Positions 30,587 to 40,901 of a stretch of 53,316 nt of DNA are shown piece by piece. The number at the start of each line of letters is the position of its first letter. The stretch's first letter is position 1. The position numbers and the translations under genes are program-made. The notes beneath the pieces were generated by a model. It had not been told where the DNA came from. It worked only from the letters and a program-made list of their open reading frames with translations, and made no database searches. Origin of the DNA: Erysipelotrichaceae bacterium (GTDB taxonomy: Bacteria; Bacillota_I; Bacilli_A; RFN20; CAG-826); assembly GCA_022777645.1 (NCBI GenBank), contig JALFFX010000059.1:1-53316 (forward strand), given 5' to 3'.

Positions 30587-32276
30587 ATTATTGCTCGCCT
30601 TATCCGCAGCAATGATTCTTGGTGGTTGTGATCCAATCGAAGCTCTTCCACCAAATTATGAATCACCAATCGCTGTCGTTGGCGAAGGCGATACAAAAGT
30701 TGATGTTTATGAAAACATGATGGGTGTTCTCTTCGATGGCACAACATCAAACAAAAAAGATGATGTCTTATCAAATTTCATCAACATCATTGCTGAAGAC
30801 CAATTCGGTAAATATAGTGATATCAAAACATTAGTAGAAGAAAATAATGACGCTAATATTGCTGCATTCATTGCAAATCACAAAAACGCCTATGTTCACG
30901 ATAACAAAGTGAATGATGGAGACAACGAAGTTGAAGAAGATGCTTATTTAGCAGCTAAATATAACACAACTGTTGCTGCTATTCAAAAACAAAGATTAGT
31001 CAATTTCTACAATTCTGTTAAAGACAAAATCAATGAAGCATTCTACAACGAAATTGTTGGTAAATCATACAATGATGACACCGGTAAATTCCATGAACAA
31101 CGTTTAGCCTATGCTCATTATGCTTCCCTTTATGATGTCAATATCAATGCCGCTACTTGGTATGAAGGCTATCTTACTCCAGAACTTAAGAAAGATGATG
31201 TTTCAAGCTTCATCCACTTAGATGATGGAAGATATGATGACTACATCAATCGCTCGCTCGTGCGCAATATATATAAAGATAAATTAGTTGAAGAATATTT
31301 GCTTGCCAATAACTATTCAACACTTGGTCGTGCATATGGTCGTAAAGTCAACATCATCAAATTAACACGTGATGAAAAATATAAAGACTTACCAAATACT
31401 CTTCTCAACAAATATGCTGAATTATATGTTCACGCCGGACAAGACATTGACTTTGAAACAATCGCCAATGCATGGAGAGGATTCCACGGTATTGATAAAG
31501 ACGGTAACATCGTCGGATTAAGCACTAATGAAGAAGCTCTTCTTGAAGCCTGTGGCTTAGTTAAAGTTACAAAAATTATCGACGGAGTAACATATAAATA
31601 CTTCAAAGAAACAAAATACGGTCAATTAATCGAAAGATATTCATTAATCGATGAAGATAACCGTTATGCAAGTGAAGAAGCTAATTCCGCTCTTCAAGAA
31701 TTCACATCAAGCCTTAAATACACCAAAGAAAAAGGTTTAAAAATCAAATTAGCAGAACTTGCTTTATCTGATTACACAACCGATGGCTGGTATGTGAAAA
31801 ATGGTGGCTTAACTGATTTACCAGAAGCAATTCGTAACAGATTGTTCAACATTAACGTCTCTAAAGAAGTTGACAATGTTGATCCAGCTACTTATGAATA
31901 TGCTCAAACAGATTACACCAAATATATCAAGGGACATTATTATTTAACACCAGCAACAAGCGAAGCTGGCGATGAAAATAATTTCATCATCTATGATGAT
32001 GGTAGCTTCTACATGATTGAAGTTGAAGAAGCTGTATCTACTTCAAAATTAAATATTGATGGATCAGCAAGCTATGTTGAACTTAAAACAGGTGTTGGTG
32101 CCTTATTCACCGAAGAAATTGCTCGTGAATTAGCAGCAACTCTTGGTACAAAAGATTCATACGTCAACAACGCATATGCCTCATATATTGAAAAATATGC
32201 TGTCATGTATCACGACACATCAGTCTTAGATTTCTTCAAAGAAAAATTCCCTGAATTATTCGACGAAGAAGAATAA
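30567..32276 (+). CDS. Large lipoprotein, probable degenerate PrsA-like paralog
   Basis: Start at ATG 30567 after GGAGGA; lipobox ILGGC; size and layout similar to the upstream lipoprotein. Confidence 0.65.
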   Translation: MTTRTGKLLLALSAAMILGGCDPIEALPPNYESPIAVVGEGDTKVDVYENMMGVLFDGTTSNKKDDVLSNFINIIAEDQFGKYSDIKTLVEENNDANIAAFIANHKNAYVHDNKVNDGDNEVEEDAYLAAKYNTTVAAIQKQRLVNFYNSVKDKINEAFYNEIVGKSYNDDTGKFHEQRLAYAHYASLYDVNINAATWYEGYLTPELKKDDVSSFIHLDDGRYDDYINRSLVRNIYKDKLVEEYLLANNYSTLGRAYGRKVNIIKLTRDEKYKDLPNTLLNKYAELYVHAGQDIDFETIANAWRGFHGIDKDGNIVGLSTNEEALLEACGLVKVTKIIDGVTYKYFKETKYGQLIERYSLIDEDNRYASEEANSALQEFTSSLKYTKEKGLKIKLAELALSDYTTDGWYVKNGGLTDLPEAIRNRLFNINVSKEVDNVDPATYEYAQTDYTKYIKGHYYLTPATSEAGDENNFIIYDDGSFYMIEVEEAVSTSKLNIDGSASYVELKTGVGALFTEEIARELAATLGTKDSYVNNAYASYIEKYAVMYHDTSVLDFFKEKFPELFDEEE

Positions 32277-32287
32277 AAAAATATTTA

Positions 32288-32313
32288 AGGGGCAGCGTAT
32301 TGCTGCCTCTTTT
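32288..32313 (+). terminator. Terminator after the lipoprotein pair
   Basis: ggggcagcg-tat-tgctgcctc hairpin followed by tttt. Confidence 0.75.
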
Positions 32314-32336
32314 ATATAAAAAGGAGATAAATAATT

Positions 32337-32756
32337 ATGGCAACTGATTGCTTATTTTGTAAAATCGTAAATGGAGAAATACCTTCCACAAAAATATATG
32401 AAGATGATGATGTTATTGCCTTTTTAGATATTTCTCAAACAACTATTGGTCATACCTTAGTCGTCCCTAAACAACATTTCGATAATTTCTTAACAACAAA
32501 TAAAGATATCATGCACAAGGTTATGGACGTTGCTCAACGCATCGGACAAGCCGAAATAGCGATGTTAGGAGCTAAAGGAGTAAATATCTTAACAAATGTC
32601 AATAAAGAGGCAGGACAAAGCATTTATCATTTCCATGTCCATGTCATCCCGCGATATAGTCGCGATGAAGGATTTAGAATTGAAATGAAAGAAAATCCTG
32701 ATCTTAAAAAATTATCTCTTCCTGCTCTCGCAAGCGAAATCAAAAAAGGGTTATAA
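32337..32756 (+). CDS. hit: HIT family nucleotide hydrolase
   Basis: DCLFCKI, GHTLVVPK, HFHVHVIP histidine triad. Confidence 0.95.
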   Translation: MATDCLFCKIVNGEIPSTKIYEDDDVIAFLDISQTTIGHTLVVPKQHFDNFLTTNKDIMHKVMDVAQRIGQAEIAMLGAKGVNILTNVNKEAGQSIYHFHVHVIPRYSRDEGFRIEMKENPDLKKLSLPALASEIKKGL

Positions 32757-32762
32757 AAAAAC

Positions 32763-32791
32763 AAAATCGCAAGCTTCTCACTTGCGATTTT
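32763..32791. terminator. Bidirectional terminator between hit and gpsA
   Basis: aaaatcgcaag-cttctca-cttgcgatttt. Confidence 0.75.
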
Positions 32792-32801
32792 AATTTGGAA
32801 T

Positions 32802-33785
32802 CTATTCAATTTTAAGCGGTCGATTGAAAAGCGTCGTAACCGCATCAAGCGGCGCAACATTATTAAAGACAATATCATATATTGCTTCAACAATCGGCAT
32901 TTCGACATGATATTTATCTTTGAGTTCTTTGGCTGCCATTAAAGAATTAAGACCTTCAATAACCATGCCAATTTTTTCTTGAACTTCATTTAATTTATAA
33001 CCTTGGCCAATTAAATAACCGGCATTAAAATTTCGAGAATGAGTAGAAGTTGCAGTAACAACAATATCACCAATTCCTGCTAACCCGGAAAATGTTTCTT
33101 TCTTTGCTCCTAAAACAAGGCCTAAACGGGTGATTTCAGCAAGTCCACGGGTCACAATCGCAGCTTTCGCATTATCGCCAAAACCAAGGCCACAAGATAT
33201 GCCTGATGCCAAAGCGATAATATTTTTTAAGGCTGCACATAATTCAACACCTTTTAAATCATCATTTAAATAAATGCGAAAATAAGGAAGAGAGCATTCT
33301 TTTTGAATAAATTTAGCTGCTTCAACATTATTTGATGATGATGTGATTACTGTTGGAAGAGAAAGAGAAACTTCTTCGGCGTGACTTGGACCGGAAAGAC
33401 AAACAACATCATAGTCAGGTCCAACTTCGCTTTGAATAATTTCACACATCGATAAAAGGCTGCCTTCTTCAATGCCTTTGGCGACATCTACTAATATTTG
33501 ACCTTTTTCTAAATACGCTTTTGCGTTTCTAATCGTGCTTCTAACAAAAGGCGAAGGAGTTGCAATAATAACAATTTTCGCGTCTTTAATAACTTCTTTT
33601 AAGTCGGAAGAAAAAACAATTTTTTCGTCCAATATCGCACCTTTTAAATTAGGATGAATACGACTAGTTCTTAATTTAAACGATTCTTCTTCGAAACGAG
33701 AATAAACACTTACGTCATGCTTTTTAATAAAAGCATTCGCCAATGCTGTTCCCCAAGTTCCTGAACCAAGAATTGCAATTTTCAT
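32802..33785 (-). CDS. gpsA: NAD(P)H-dependent glycerol-3-phosphate dehydrogenase
   Basis: GSGTWGTALA, KGIE, SGPSHAEEV, ALKNIIA, GDIVVTATS..SRN. Confidence 0.96.
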   Translation of the reverse strand: MKIAILGSGTWGTALANAFIKKHDVSVYSRFEEESFKLRTSRIHPNLKGAILDEKIVFSSDLKEVIKDAKIVIIATPSPFVRSTIRNAKAYLEKGQILVDVAKGIEEGSLLSMCEIIQSEVGPDYDVVCLSGPSHAEEVSLSLPTVITSSSNNVEAAKFIQKECSLPYFRIYLNDDLKGVELCAALKNIIALASGISCGLGFGDNAKAAIVTRGLAEITRLGLVLGAKKETFSGLAGIGDIVVTATSTHSRNFNAGYLIGQGYKLNEVQEKIGMVIEGLNSLMAAKELKDKYHVEMPIVEAIYDIVFNNVAPLDAVTTLFNRPLKIE

Positions 33786-34729
33786 TATTTGCTACCTTTC
33801 GGTTTATAAAAGGAAACATTATCCATTGCCCAGATGCGCTCACTAAATTCGCCTGGTTTAACATTTTCAAGCGCTTTATCAAGAACCATCATGCGTGAAT
33901 CCAATAAATCAATCATTGATAAAAGCAAAGCTTCACGAGTTGATGGAAGAACAGGAGAGCCAAATTCAAGTTGGCCGTGATGCGCTAAAATCATATGTTC
34001 AAGAAGAAGTGGAACTTCGCTTTTAATATTAAGTTCATCAACAATCTTTTTAAATTCAGCATACATCAATGAAATATGACCAACTAATTTACCTTCAACC
34101 GTTTGTTCTGGAACTGGTAGATCTTTATATTCAATTGTTTTACCAATATCGTGAAGTAAAGCACCAGCGACTAAAATATCGCGGTCAACACTTGGATATA
34201 ATTTGGCAACTGCATCAGCAAGATCTGCCATCGCTAAAGAGTGATGGATAATACCACTTCCAAATTCGTGATGAATTTTAATCGCGGCAGGATATGTAAC
34301 ATATTTTTTATAAAATCTTGAAATGACTGTATTTGTAATTAATTTAACATCTTCATTTTTAAATGAGGCAAGATATCTTTCAAGTTTTTCTTCCATTTCG
34401 TTTAGAGGAATTGGAGATACTTTTCTAAAAGCGCTTAAGTCGATTAATTCTTCATCAACTTTATAAACGGAAACAATTTTCATTTGCAAGGCGTTTTTAT
34501 ATAAAGTGACATCACCATCAATCTCGACAATTCTTCCAGGAACAAGAAGAGATAAATCATCATCTAATACATCCCATTTTTTAGCAGGAATAACGCCTGT
34601 TTTATCTTGAAGAGTGATATTTAAATATGTTTTTCCTTTATCGGAAACACATTTGTTGACGCTGGCAACGATAAATTCATCATGAACATGGCTGCCATCT
34701 TTTAAATCTTTTACGAATTCGACTTTCAT
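33785..34729 (-). CDS. yhaM: 3'-5' exoribonuclease YhaM (OB fold + HD domain)
   Basis: YLNITLQDKTG, PAAIKIHH, LLHDIGK, GHI, AHHGQLEFGSP. Confidence 0.92.
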   Translation of the reverse strand: MKVEFVKDLKDGSHVHDEFIVASVNKCVSDKGKTYLNITLQDKTGVIPAKKWDVLDDDLSLLVPGRIVEIDGDVTLYKNALQMKIVSVYKVDEELIDLSAFRKVSPIPLNEMEEKLERYLASFKNEDVKLITNTVISRFYKKYVTYPAAIKIHHEFGSGIIHHSLAMADLADAVAKLYPSVDRDILVAGALLHDIGKTIEYKDLPVPEQTVEGKLVGHISLMYAEFKKIVDELNIKSEVPLLLEHMILAHHGQLEFGSPVLPSTREALLLSMIDLLDSRMMVLDKALENVKPGEFSERIWAMDNVSFYKPKGSK

Positions 34730-35520
34730 TTTTGTTGCTCCTTTTTAACAATTAAAATGTCGTTATATGAAAAACCTTTATTTAATAAATAAGATATTGT
34801 TTTATCAATCGCCTCATCTTTTGTCATTTTATTGATATATCTTTTCAATGTTTTTGGATATTCGTTGCGGAGAATTTCCATTTCTTTATCGTGTTGATGA
34901 TAAGAAATGTTATTAATCATTTTCTTAATGACTTCGAAAGAATATCCATAACGCACAAGTGCATCATGAATGTGGACTTGTTTCATCGTGTTGTTATAAT
35001 TATCGAATTTTAAATCAAGCTTATCGATAATGTTTAAAGCACGATTATATTCTTCATCTTCATCAAAAGTGATTGAAGAAATAACTTCTGGATCAATTTT
35101 CTTATTTTTAAGGAAATCAATAATGCGATTTTTCCCGTAATTTTTCGCAAATAAATCGTTTAACAAGCTTTTTGCGTATTCATAATCATTAAGCAAATTA
35201 GTTTCTTTTAAATAAGATATGGTTTTTTCAACAATTTCATTATCAAAACATTTCCAAGATAATTTTTCTTTCATCAATTCGACGGAAACATTATTTTTGG
35301 CAAGAATCTTGTTCGCGGCATCGATAAGTTTTCCTTCTTCATCATCTTTTTTTAATAATGAAATATCTTCATCACTTAACTCTTTGCCTTTGAACAAATA
35401 ATTATTTGTATATGTAAAAGGCAATATATCAAGACGTGATCCATCAGAAAGCTTGATAATTATTTTTTTATTGCCAATATAAATATCATTTATTGTTCTA
35501 CCAGCATTTTTTGATTGCAT
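34726..35520 (-). CDS. recX: RecX family regulator
   Basis: LLNDYEYA, YGKNRI..FLKNKKI, LVRYGYS, LLNKGFS three-helix repeats. Confidence 0.8.
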   Translation of the reverse strand: MQSKNAGRTINDIYIGNKKIIIKLSDGSRLDILPFTYTNNYLFKGKELSDEDISLLKKDDEEGKLIDAANKILAKNNVSVELMKEKLSWKCFDNEIVEKTISYLKETNLLNDYEYAKSLLNDLFAKNYGKNRIIDFLKNKKIDPEVISSITFDEDEEYNRALNIIDKLDLKFDNYNNTMKQVHIHDALVRYGYSFEVIKKMINNISYHQHDKEMEILRNEYPKTLKRYINKMTKDEAIDKTISYLLNKGFSYNDILIVKKEQQK

Positions 35521-36673
35521 GTTTATATGCTCCTAAAATTCTTTGATAAAATGTATCAATTGAATAATTATCAATCGATTTAAGTGCTTCTTCTAGCATT
35601 GTATTATCATTCTTTTTATGCATTTGATAAGCTCGATATAATTTATCGGAAAATTCCTCTTCGTTTTCGAAGAAATAACCTGTTACATTATCGGTAATAA
35701 CATCGAGGAGATTGTGATCATATCGCGCGAGTGTGTAAAGACTTGCCGCCATTGCTTCCATGTATGTTAAACCTTGTGTTTCTGTTAATGAAGCCGATAC
35801 AAAAGCATGACCAAGTGCATAATAATATTGCACTTCACTTGGAAGAGATGGTCCAGTGAAGACAAATTTATCTTCTTTATTTAATTTCTTCGCCAAATCT
35901 TTTAAAATTTCTTCATCTGGGCCTTTGCCTACAATTAACATTTTTGTTTTTATTTCAGGGTGTTTATCGACAAAATGTGCAAAACATTTCATTGAGAAAT
36001 CGATAGATTTTTCTTTGGCTATTCTTCCCACTGACAAAAGAATAAATTCATCATCGCTGATATTAAATTTTTCTTTTAATTCTTTAATTTTTCCTACATC
36101 TAAATTTGCTTTGTTAAAGCGAGAAAAATCAATGCCTGTTGGAATAACGTTGATATAAGAATCAACGCCAATGCGGCGCATATAATCTTTCGTTTTTTCA
36201 CTTGGGGTAATAAATTCGTCGCTTGATAAAATCATCGTTTTTGAATATGAACGAATAATTGATTTGCTCAATCGGTCAAAATGGCCTTTAGTAATATAGT
36301 ATGTATAATCTTCATACATAGTATGATATGTATAAATTGTTGGTGTTTTTAATTTATTAGCAACCATACGGGCAAAGATGCCAATTGAAAAATCGGTTTG
36401 AATATGAATAATTTCTGGACGAAATTGACGAATAATTTTCATCGCTTCTTTTGAATATAATCCTGCAAATCGATAACCATATATCTTTTTTAGTTCAATG
36501 CCAGGAATACGAATAATATTATCTTCAAAAGTTACTTTATTAGAGAATGGGTTAGTGGTCACAACTAAAACTTTATGACCATTTTTAATAAAAACATCAC
36601 GAAGCGATTTGGTGGAAATTGCAACACCGTTGATTTCAGGTGGGAATGTATCAGTAAATAAGGCGACACGCAT
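35498..36673 (-). CDS. GT4 glycosyltransferase, probable monoglycosyl-diacylglycerol synthase
   Basis: FTDTFPPEINGVA, YTYHTMYEDY, VGRIAKEK, ETQGLTYMEAMA. Confidence 0.85.
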   Translation of the reverse strand: MRVALFTDTFPPEINGVAISTKSLRDVFIKNGHKVLVVTTNPFSNKVTFEDNIIRIPGIELKKIYGYRFAGLYSKEAMKIIRQFRPEIIHIQTDFSIGIFARMVANKLKTPTIYTYHTMYEDYTYYITKGHFDRLSKSIIRSYSKTMILSSDEFITPSEKTKDYMRRIGVDSYINVIPTGIDFSRFNKANLDVGKIKELKEKFNISDDEFILLSVGRIAKEKSIDFSMKCFAHFVDKHPEIKTKMLIVGKGPDEEILKDLAKKLNKEDKFVFTGPSLPSEVQYYYALGHAFVSASLTETQGLTYMEAMAASLYTLARYDHNLLDVITDNVTGYFFENEEEFSDKLYRAYQMHKKNDNTMLEEALKSIDNYSIDTFYQRILGAYKHAIKKCW

Positions 36674-38208
36674 TAGTCATCACCTCCACCAATTTGTATT
36701 TCATCATAATCATTATTTGATTTACTAATCGATTTTTTCTTTTTTCCTTTTTTGGAAGTATTTGTTTTTGACTTATTTTCATCTTCGACAAAATCATTGA
36801 TTTCATCGCGCTTATTTTTCTTACCAATTGTTTTTATTTTCATTTGAATTTCTTTACGTGAAATAGATGCAGTTTCAAACATTGTGTCAGAACTTGCTTT
36901 TCGTGTCTCAAATGTTTCATATTGCATAGTAACAAATGTTTTTCTGTCGGCGTGATGAATTTCGTTTTTCGGTGAACTACGATATGTTGCTGAAACAATA
37001 CCTGCAAACAGTAAAACAATATGGAATGTCGAGAATCTCCAAATGATTTGGGCAGCTGATACAATTTGAGGTGAGCAGAAATAATTGCCGAACATCAAAT
37101 TAAAGAAATATTCACTAACACCAGCGCTGCCAGGAAGAGGAATTAATCCGGTTGTCATTTGATGATAAGAACTCAAAAATACTGATTGCCAGAATGATTC
37201 GATATTCGCGCCACCAACACTAACAACAGGAGCGACACCAATTTGATTTCCACTCGCATCATACACCGCTTGAGTAATTAATGTTCCATCGATATTAGTC
37301 ATATAGCCATATCCATCAAGGGCTAATCCAGCAAAAAATGGAATGGAAAATCTAATAATCAAAATCAAGGAAAAACAAATAAATACAACAATCAAAATTG
37401 GAACATTTGAAAGCAAACGACGAAGTTCGATTTTAAAGTTCTCAACTTGGATGCGAAGTGATTCACGTGTTTTATCTGGGTTCTTTAAGATTTTTAATTT
37501 TGCTAAAAGGTTAACACCTCTATGCATAATAAAATTATGGAACACACGAGAATAAGACATTAAGAATAAGCCTAAAATAACAAATAAATTAAGCAAGAAT
37601 CCCACGATTGTTAATGGAATAGCAGGAATATTGATAACCGTATCACCAAAATTAAGAGTGAATGTTCCAATCGTGCCAATTAATTCACCTGCGGAAAAGA
37701 AAAGTGAAATTGAACCAAGCATAATGAGGGCGACTTGATAGACGATAAATGACATAATCATAATCGAAGCACCATTACTTGTTTCAACTCCTTGCTTTTT
37801 AAGGGTGTATACTTGCATGACTTGGCCACCACTTGCCCCTGGAGTAATGGCACTATAAAATGCGCCAATCATCGATGTGGCAAGGCCTTGATGATATTTA
37901 TATTTCCTTGTGTATAAGCGAGAAAATAAGAAGATAATAAACCCATCAATGCAATAAGAGAGAGCAACAAGAAGGAAGATAACAATAATCCATTGATAAT
38001 TTGATTTTCTTAAAGCATCGATAACGCCGTCAAAGTCTTGATAAAGTGAAAAGAAAAGAGCAAGACCTGTCAAAACAATAATGACAAGAAAATAAATTAA
38101 AAATTTCAGCTTTGGATGTTTCTTTTTTTCTTGAGCTGGTTTTTCTTCTTTTAATGTTGATAATTCTTCAACACTTTGTTTTTCTAAATTCAATTCTTTT
38201 TCTGCCAT
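36673..38208 (-). CDS. LPG_synthase_TM / flippase-like membrane protein
   Basis: AITPGASGGQ, IPLPGSAGVSE, IWRF; multiple TM helices; adjacent to the GT4 gene. Confidence 0.85.
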   Translation of the reverse strand: MAEKELNLEKQSVEELSTLKEEKPAQEKKKHPKLKFLIYFLVIIVLTGLALFFSLYQDFDGVIDALRKSNYQWIIVIFLLVALSYCIDGFIIFLFSRLYTRKYKYHQGLATSMIGAFYSAITPGASGGQVMQVYTLKKQGVETSNGASIMIMSFIVYQVALIMLGSISLFFSAGELIGTIGTFTLNFGDTVINIPAIPLTIVGFLLNLFVILGLFLMSYSRVFHNFIMHRGVNLLAKLKILKNPDKTRESLRIQVENFKIELRRLLSNVPILIVVFICFSLILIIRFSIPFFAGLALDGYGYMTNIDGTLITQAVYDASGNQIGVAPVVSVGGANIESFWQSVFLSSYHQMTTGLIPLPGSAGVSEYFFNLMFGNYFCSPQIVSAAQIIWRFSTFHIVLLFAGIVSATYRSSPKNEIHHADRKTFVTMQYETFETRKASSDTMFETASISRKEIQMKIKTIGKKNKRDEINDFVEDENKSKTNTSKKGKKKKSISKSNNDYDEIQIGGGDD

Positions 38209-38308
38209 GAATAACTTAACAATAATTTTATCATATATTTATTGTTATTTAATCGAATAACAAAAAATATTTTTTATACCAAAAGAAAAGAGAGCAAAGC
38301 TCTCATTC

Positions 38309-39055
38309 TTAATGGTGATTTAACACTTGAATCGATACTGCGTGAGCGTCGTTTTCGAGACGTTTTATAATTTCATCAATGTCAATTTCTTTGTTTGTTT
38401 CTGGTGATAATTTGAATGTAACTTCAATTCTTGATGCATCGCCATCTTTGACGATTTGGCTTGTTACATCAGTAACTGAGCAACTATAATCTTTTGCGAC
38501 TTTAAGAAGAACGGTCATAACAGGAACATCGCTTGGTGCAAGCATGATGAGCAACGGATTGCTTTTTGAGATTCTTCTTTCAAGACTTCTAAAGCTAATG
38601 AGAACAAGCATTACGACAACTGTGCCGCATATAGCAAGGATGAAATTCATTGATCCACAGCATAGACCAATCGCCATGACAAGCCAAATAGTAGAAGCAG
38701 TTGTTAAACCTTTGATACCACCATTATTGTGAATAATCGCACCGGCGCCAAGGAAACCAACGCCAGCAACAACTTGAGCAGCAAGTCGAGCCGGATCACG
38801 AGTGCCAAATATCGCAGAAAATCCATAAATGGATACAATCATAATCATACAAGAACCAACACCGACTAATAAGTGAGTTCTAAGACCGGCGCTACGTCCG
38901 CGTTTTTCTCTTTCGTAACCGATAATGCCACAAAGAGCAACACAAAGGACCAATGAAATAATACATAAAATTAAATTGCCCCATGGCCATTCTCCACCTA
39001 AACCGAAGTTGCTATTAAACCATTCAGCAATTTTTTGATCGATAGTTGTTACCAT
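38309..39055 (-). CDS. MgtC/SapB family membrane protein
   Basis: IGYERE..GRSAGLRTH, DPARLAAQVVAGVGFLGAG, GLTTASTIW. Confidence 0.93.
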   Translation of the reverse strand: MVTTIDQKIAEWFNSNFGLGGEWPWGNLILCIISLVLCVALCGIIGYEREKRGRSAGLRTHLLVGVGSCMIMIVSIYGFSAIFGTRDPARLAAQVVAGVGFLGAGAIIHNNGGIKGLTTASTIWLVMAIGLCCGSMNFILAICGTVVVMLVLISFRSLERRISKSNPLLIMLAPSDVPVMTVLLKVAKDYSCSVTDVTSQIVKDGDASRIEVTFKLSPETNKEIDIDEIIKRLENDAHAVSIQVLNHH

Positions 39056-39164
39056 ATTTTTCACTCCTTTGTCCGGTTGACTACATTATTATATCATATA
39101 ATAATAATTAAAAAAGATAGGGCTTACATTATTACACTTTATTGTATAAATGCAAAGGAAATTT

Positions 39165-40052
39165 TTATAAAGTAGCAATATATTCGTGAATGCTCTTTAA
39201 TTCATCGCGATTAAAATCTTTTTTTAGATTCTTTGCTAATTTTTGTTTTGATGGATATCCATATGCGTGAGCTAATCCTCTTGGACCAACCCAATTATTA
39301 TCTTCAACATCTTCATTAATGCATTTAACCATTGGAAGAGATGCTTTGTATGGATTCATAAAAATCACTTTCATGATTGGAACACAAAGGGCGTAAAAAA
39401 GAGCAGGATAATTCTTTTTGTCTTTGCTAAATAAATTAGTGGTCGACACACCAGGATGAGCTAAAACAACATCATATCCTAAAGATTTTAAATATAGTGA
39501 ATATAACATCAATAGTCTTTTTGAATTCGCATATATTTTTGTTTTATTTTTGATGTTACTTGCTTCTAAATCTTGATAATTGATATTTGTAAATGTATAG
39601 GATAAAGATGCAACATTAATGACTTTTAGATGATTATTATTTTTTAACAATTTATTTGTTAAAAGCATCGGCATTAAGAAATTGACATAATAGGTGATGT
39701 CGTGATTATCAACAATTTGTTTATCACAATGATATATGCCTGCATTATTGATTAATACATCAATATTTAATTCTGTTAATTTATTCGAACCTTCAAGAAC
39801 TGTTTCTTTTTTCATAAAATCAATAACAACAATGTCGATATCGTTATGAAATTTATCAAACAATTCTTCTTTTAACATTTCTAATCTCTTTTTGTTTCTT
39901 CCAACTAAAACAAGACGATATTTTAGATATGATAAAAATGTGGCAATGCCTTTACCAATTGAACCAGTTGCACCGGTGATGGCAACACATTTTGTGTTAT
40001 CAATATTTTTGAAATGTTTATCGATATAACGATAATATTTTTCTAATTTCAT
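39165..40052 (-). CDS. SDR family NAD(P)-dependent oxidoreductase
   Basis: TGATGSIG, INNAG, YANSK catalytic motif, HPG. Confidence 0.9.
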   Translation of the reverse strand: MKLEKYYRYIDKHFKNIDNTKCVAITGATGSIGKGIATFLSYLKYRLVLVGRNKKRLEMLKEELFDKFHNDIDIVVIDFMKKETVLEGSNKLTELNIDVLINNAGIYHCDKQIVDNHDITYYVNFLMPMLLTNKLLKNNNHLKVINVASLSYTFTNINYQDLEASNIKNKTKIYANSKRLLMLYSLYLKSLGYDVVLAHPGVSTTNLFSKDKKNYPALFYALCVPIMKVIFMNPYKASLPMVKCINEDVEDNNWVGPRGLAHAYGYPSKQKLAKNLKKDFNRDELKSIHEYIATL

Positions 40053-40163
40053 ATGCTTATTATCTAATAAAATTAATGATAAATTAACCGCTAATTAAAT
40101 TTTCTTTTATTTGTAAGAAAAAAGGTAGCAAATAATCGCTACCAAATTGTTAATCTAATTAAC

Positions 40164-40751
40164 TTATTTCATCCATTCAGCTGAAATTGAAGTTTTAAAA
40201 TCAAACGAATCAGAATCACTGTTGAAATGTGCATGTGTAGATGAGCCAGCAAGCGTCATATCAGCATTTGTTTTATATTCGCTTTCATAGTAAAGAGTTA
40301 ACGATGATCCTCCAACTGAAAATGATGTAGTAAGTGATGATTTAATTGAAAGCGCATCACCATCTAAATAAAATTTAACATAAGAATCTGATCCTACATC
40401 GGCTTCTTTGAGCTCTGAGAGTATTTCATCAATTGCGCTTTCGCTTACGCGATATTCGGCAATTTCGCTGGCAGATGTAGTGAATGTAAGTACTACAGTT
40501 TTTTCGGTTCCTTCAACACCATAAATACTTTCAAATTGACCTTTCATGGTTGTACCAAATGTGCCAGTTCCTTGAAGTGTTTCAACTTTAGTTGTGAGTT
40601 TGACGCCAGTATAAACAGTTGAAATATCTGGTGTTCTTTCGTTTGCTTTTTTGACAGCAGCTTTTGCTTCATCAGCTGTAACTTCTTTAGCGCAGCCAGC
40701 AAGCAAACAAACGCTTGATAAGCATAATAATGTTTTTGTGATTTTCTTCAT
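40164..40751 (-). CDS. Tandem-array lipoprotein, copy 1
   Basis: Lipobox LLAGC; GGGAGG SD; paralog of the next three genes. Confidence 0.9.
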   Translation of the reverse strand: MKKITKTLLCLSSVCLLAGCAKEVTADEAKAAVKKANERTPDISTVYTGVKLTTKVETLQGTGTFGTTMKGQFESIYGVEGTEKTVVLTFTTSASEIAEYRVSESAIDEILSELKEADVGSDSYVKFYLDGDALSIKSSLTTSFSVGGSSLTLYYESEYKTNADMTLAGSSTHAHFNSDSDSFDFKTSISAEWMK

Positions 40752-40901
40752 ATGAGTAAAATCCTCCCTAATTTACTTAATTATTGCATATAGAAAAGAT
40801 TTTATAAATATTTACTAATATATTTTTTTATTTTCAAAGAGAGTTGTTTTATAACAAAAAAGGTAGCGAATAATCGCTACCAAATTGTTAATCTAATTAA
40901 C

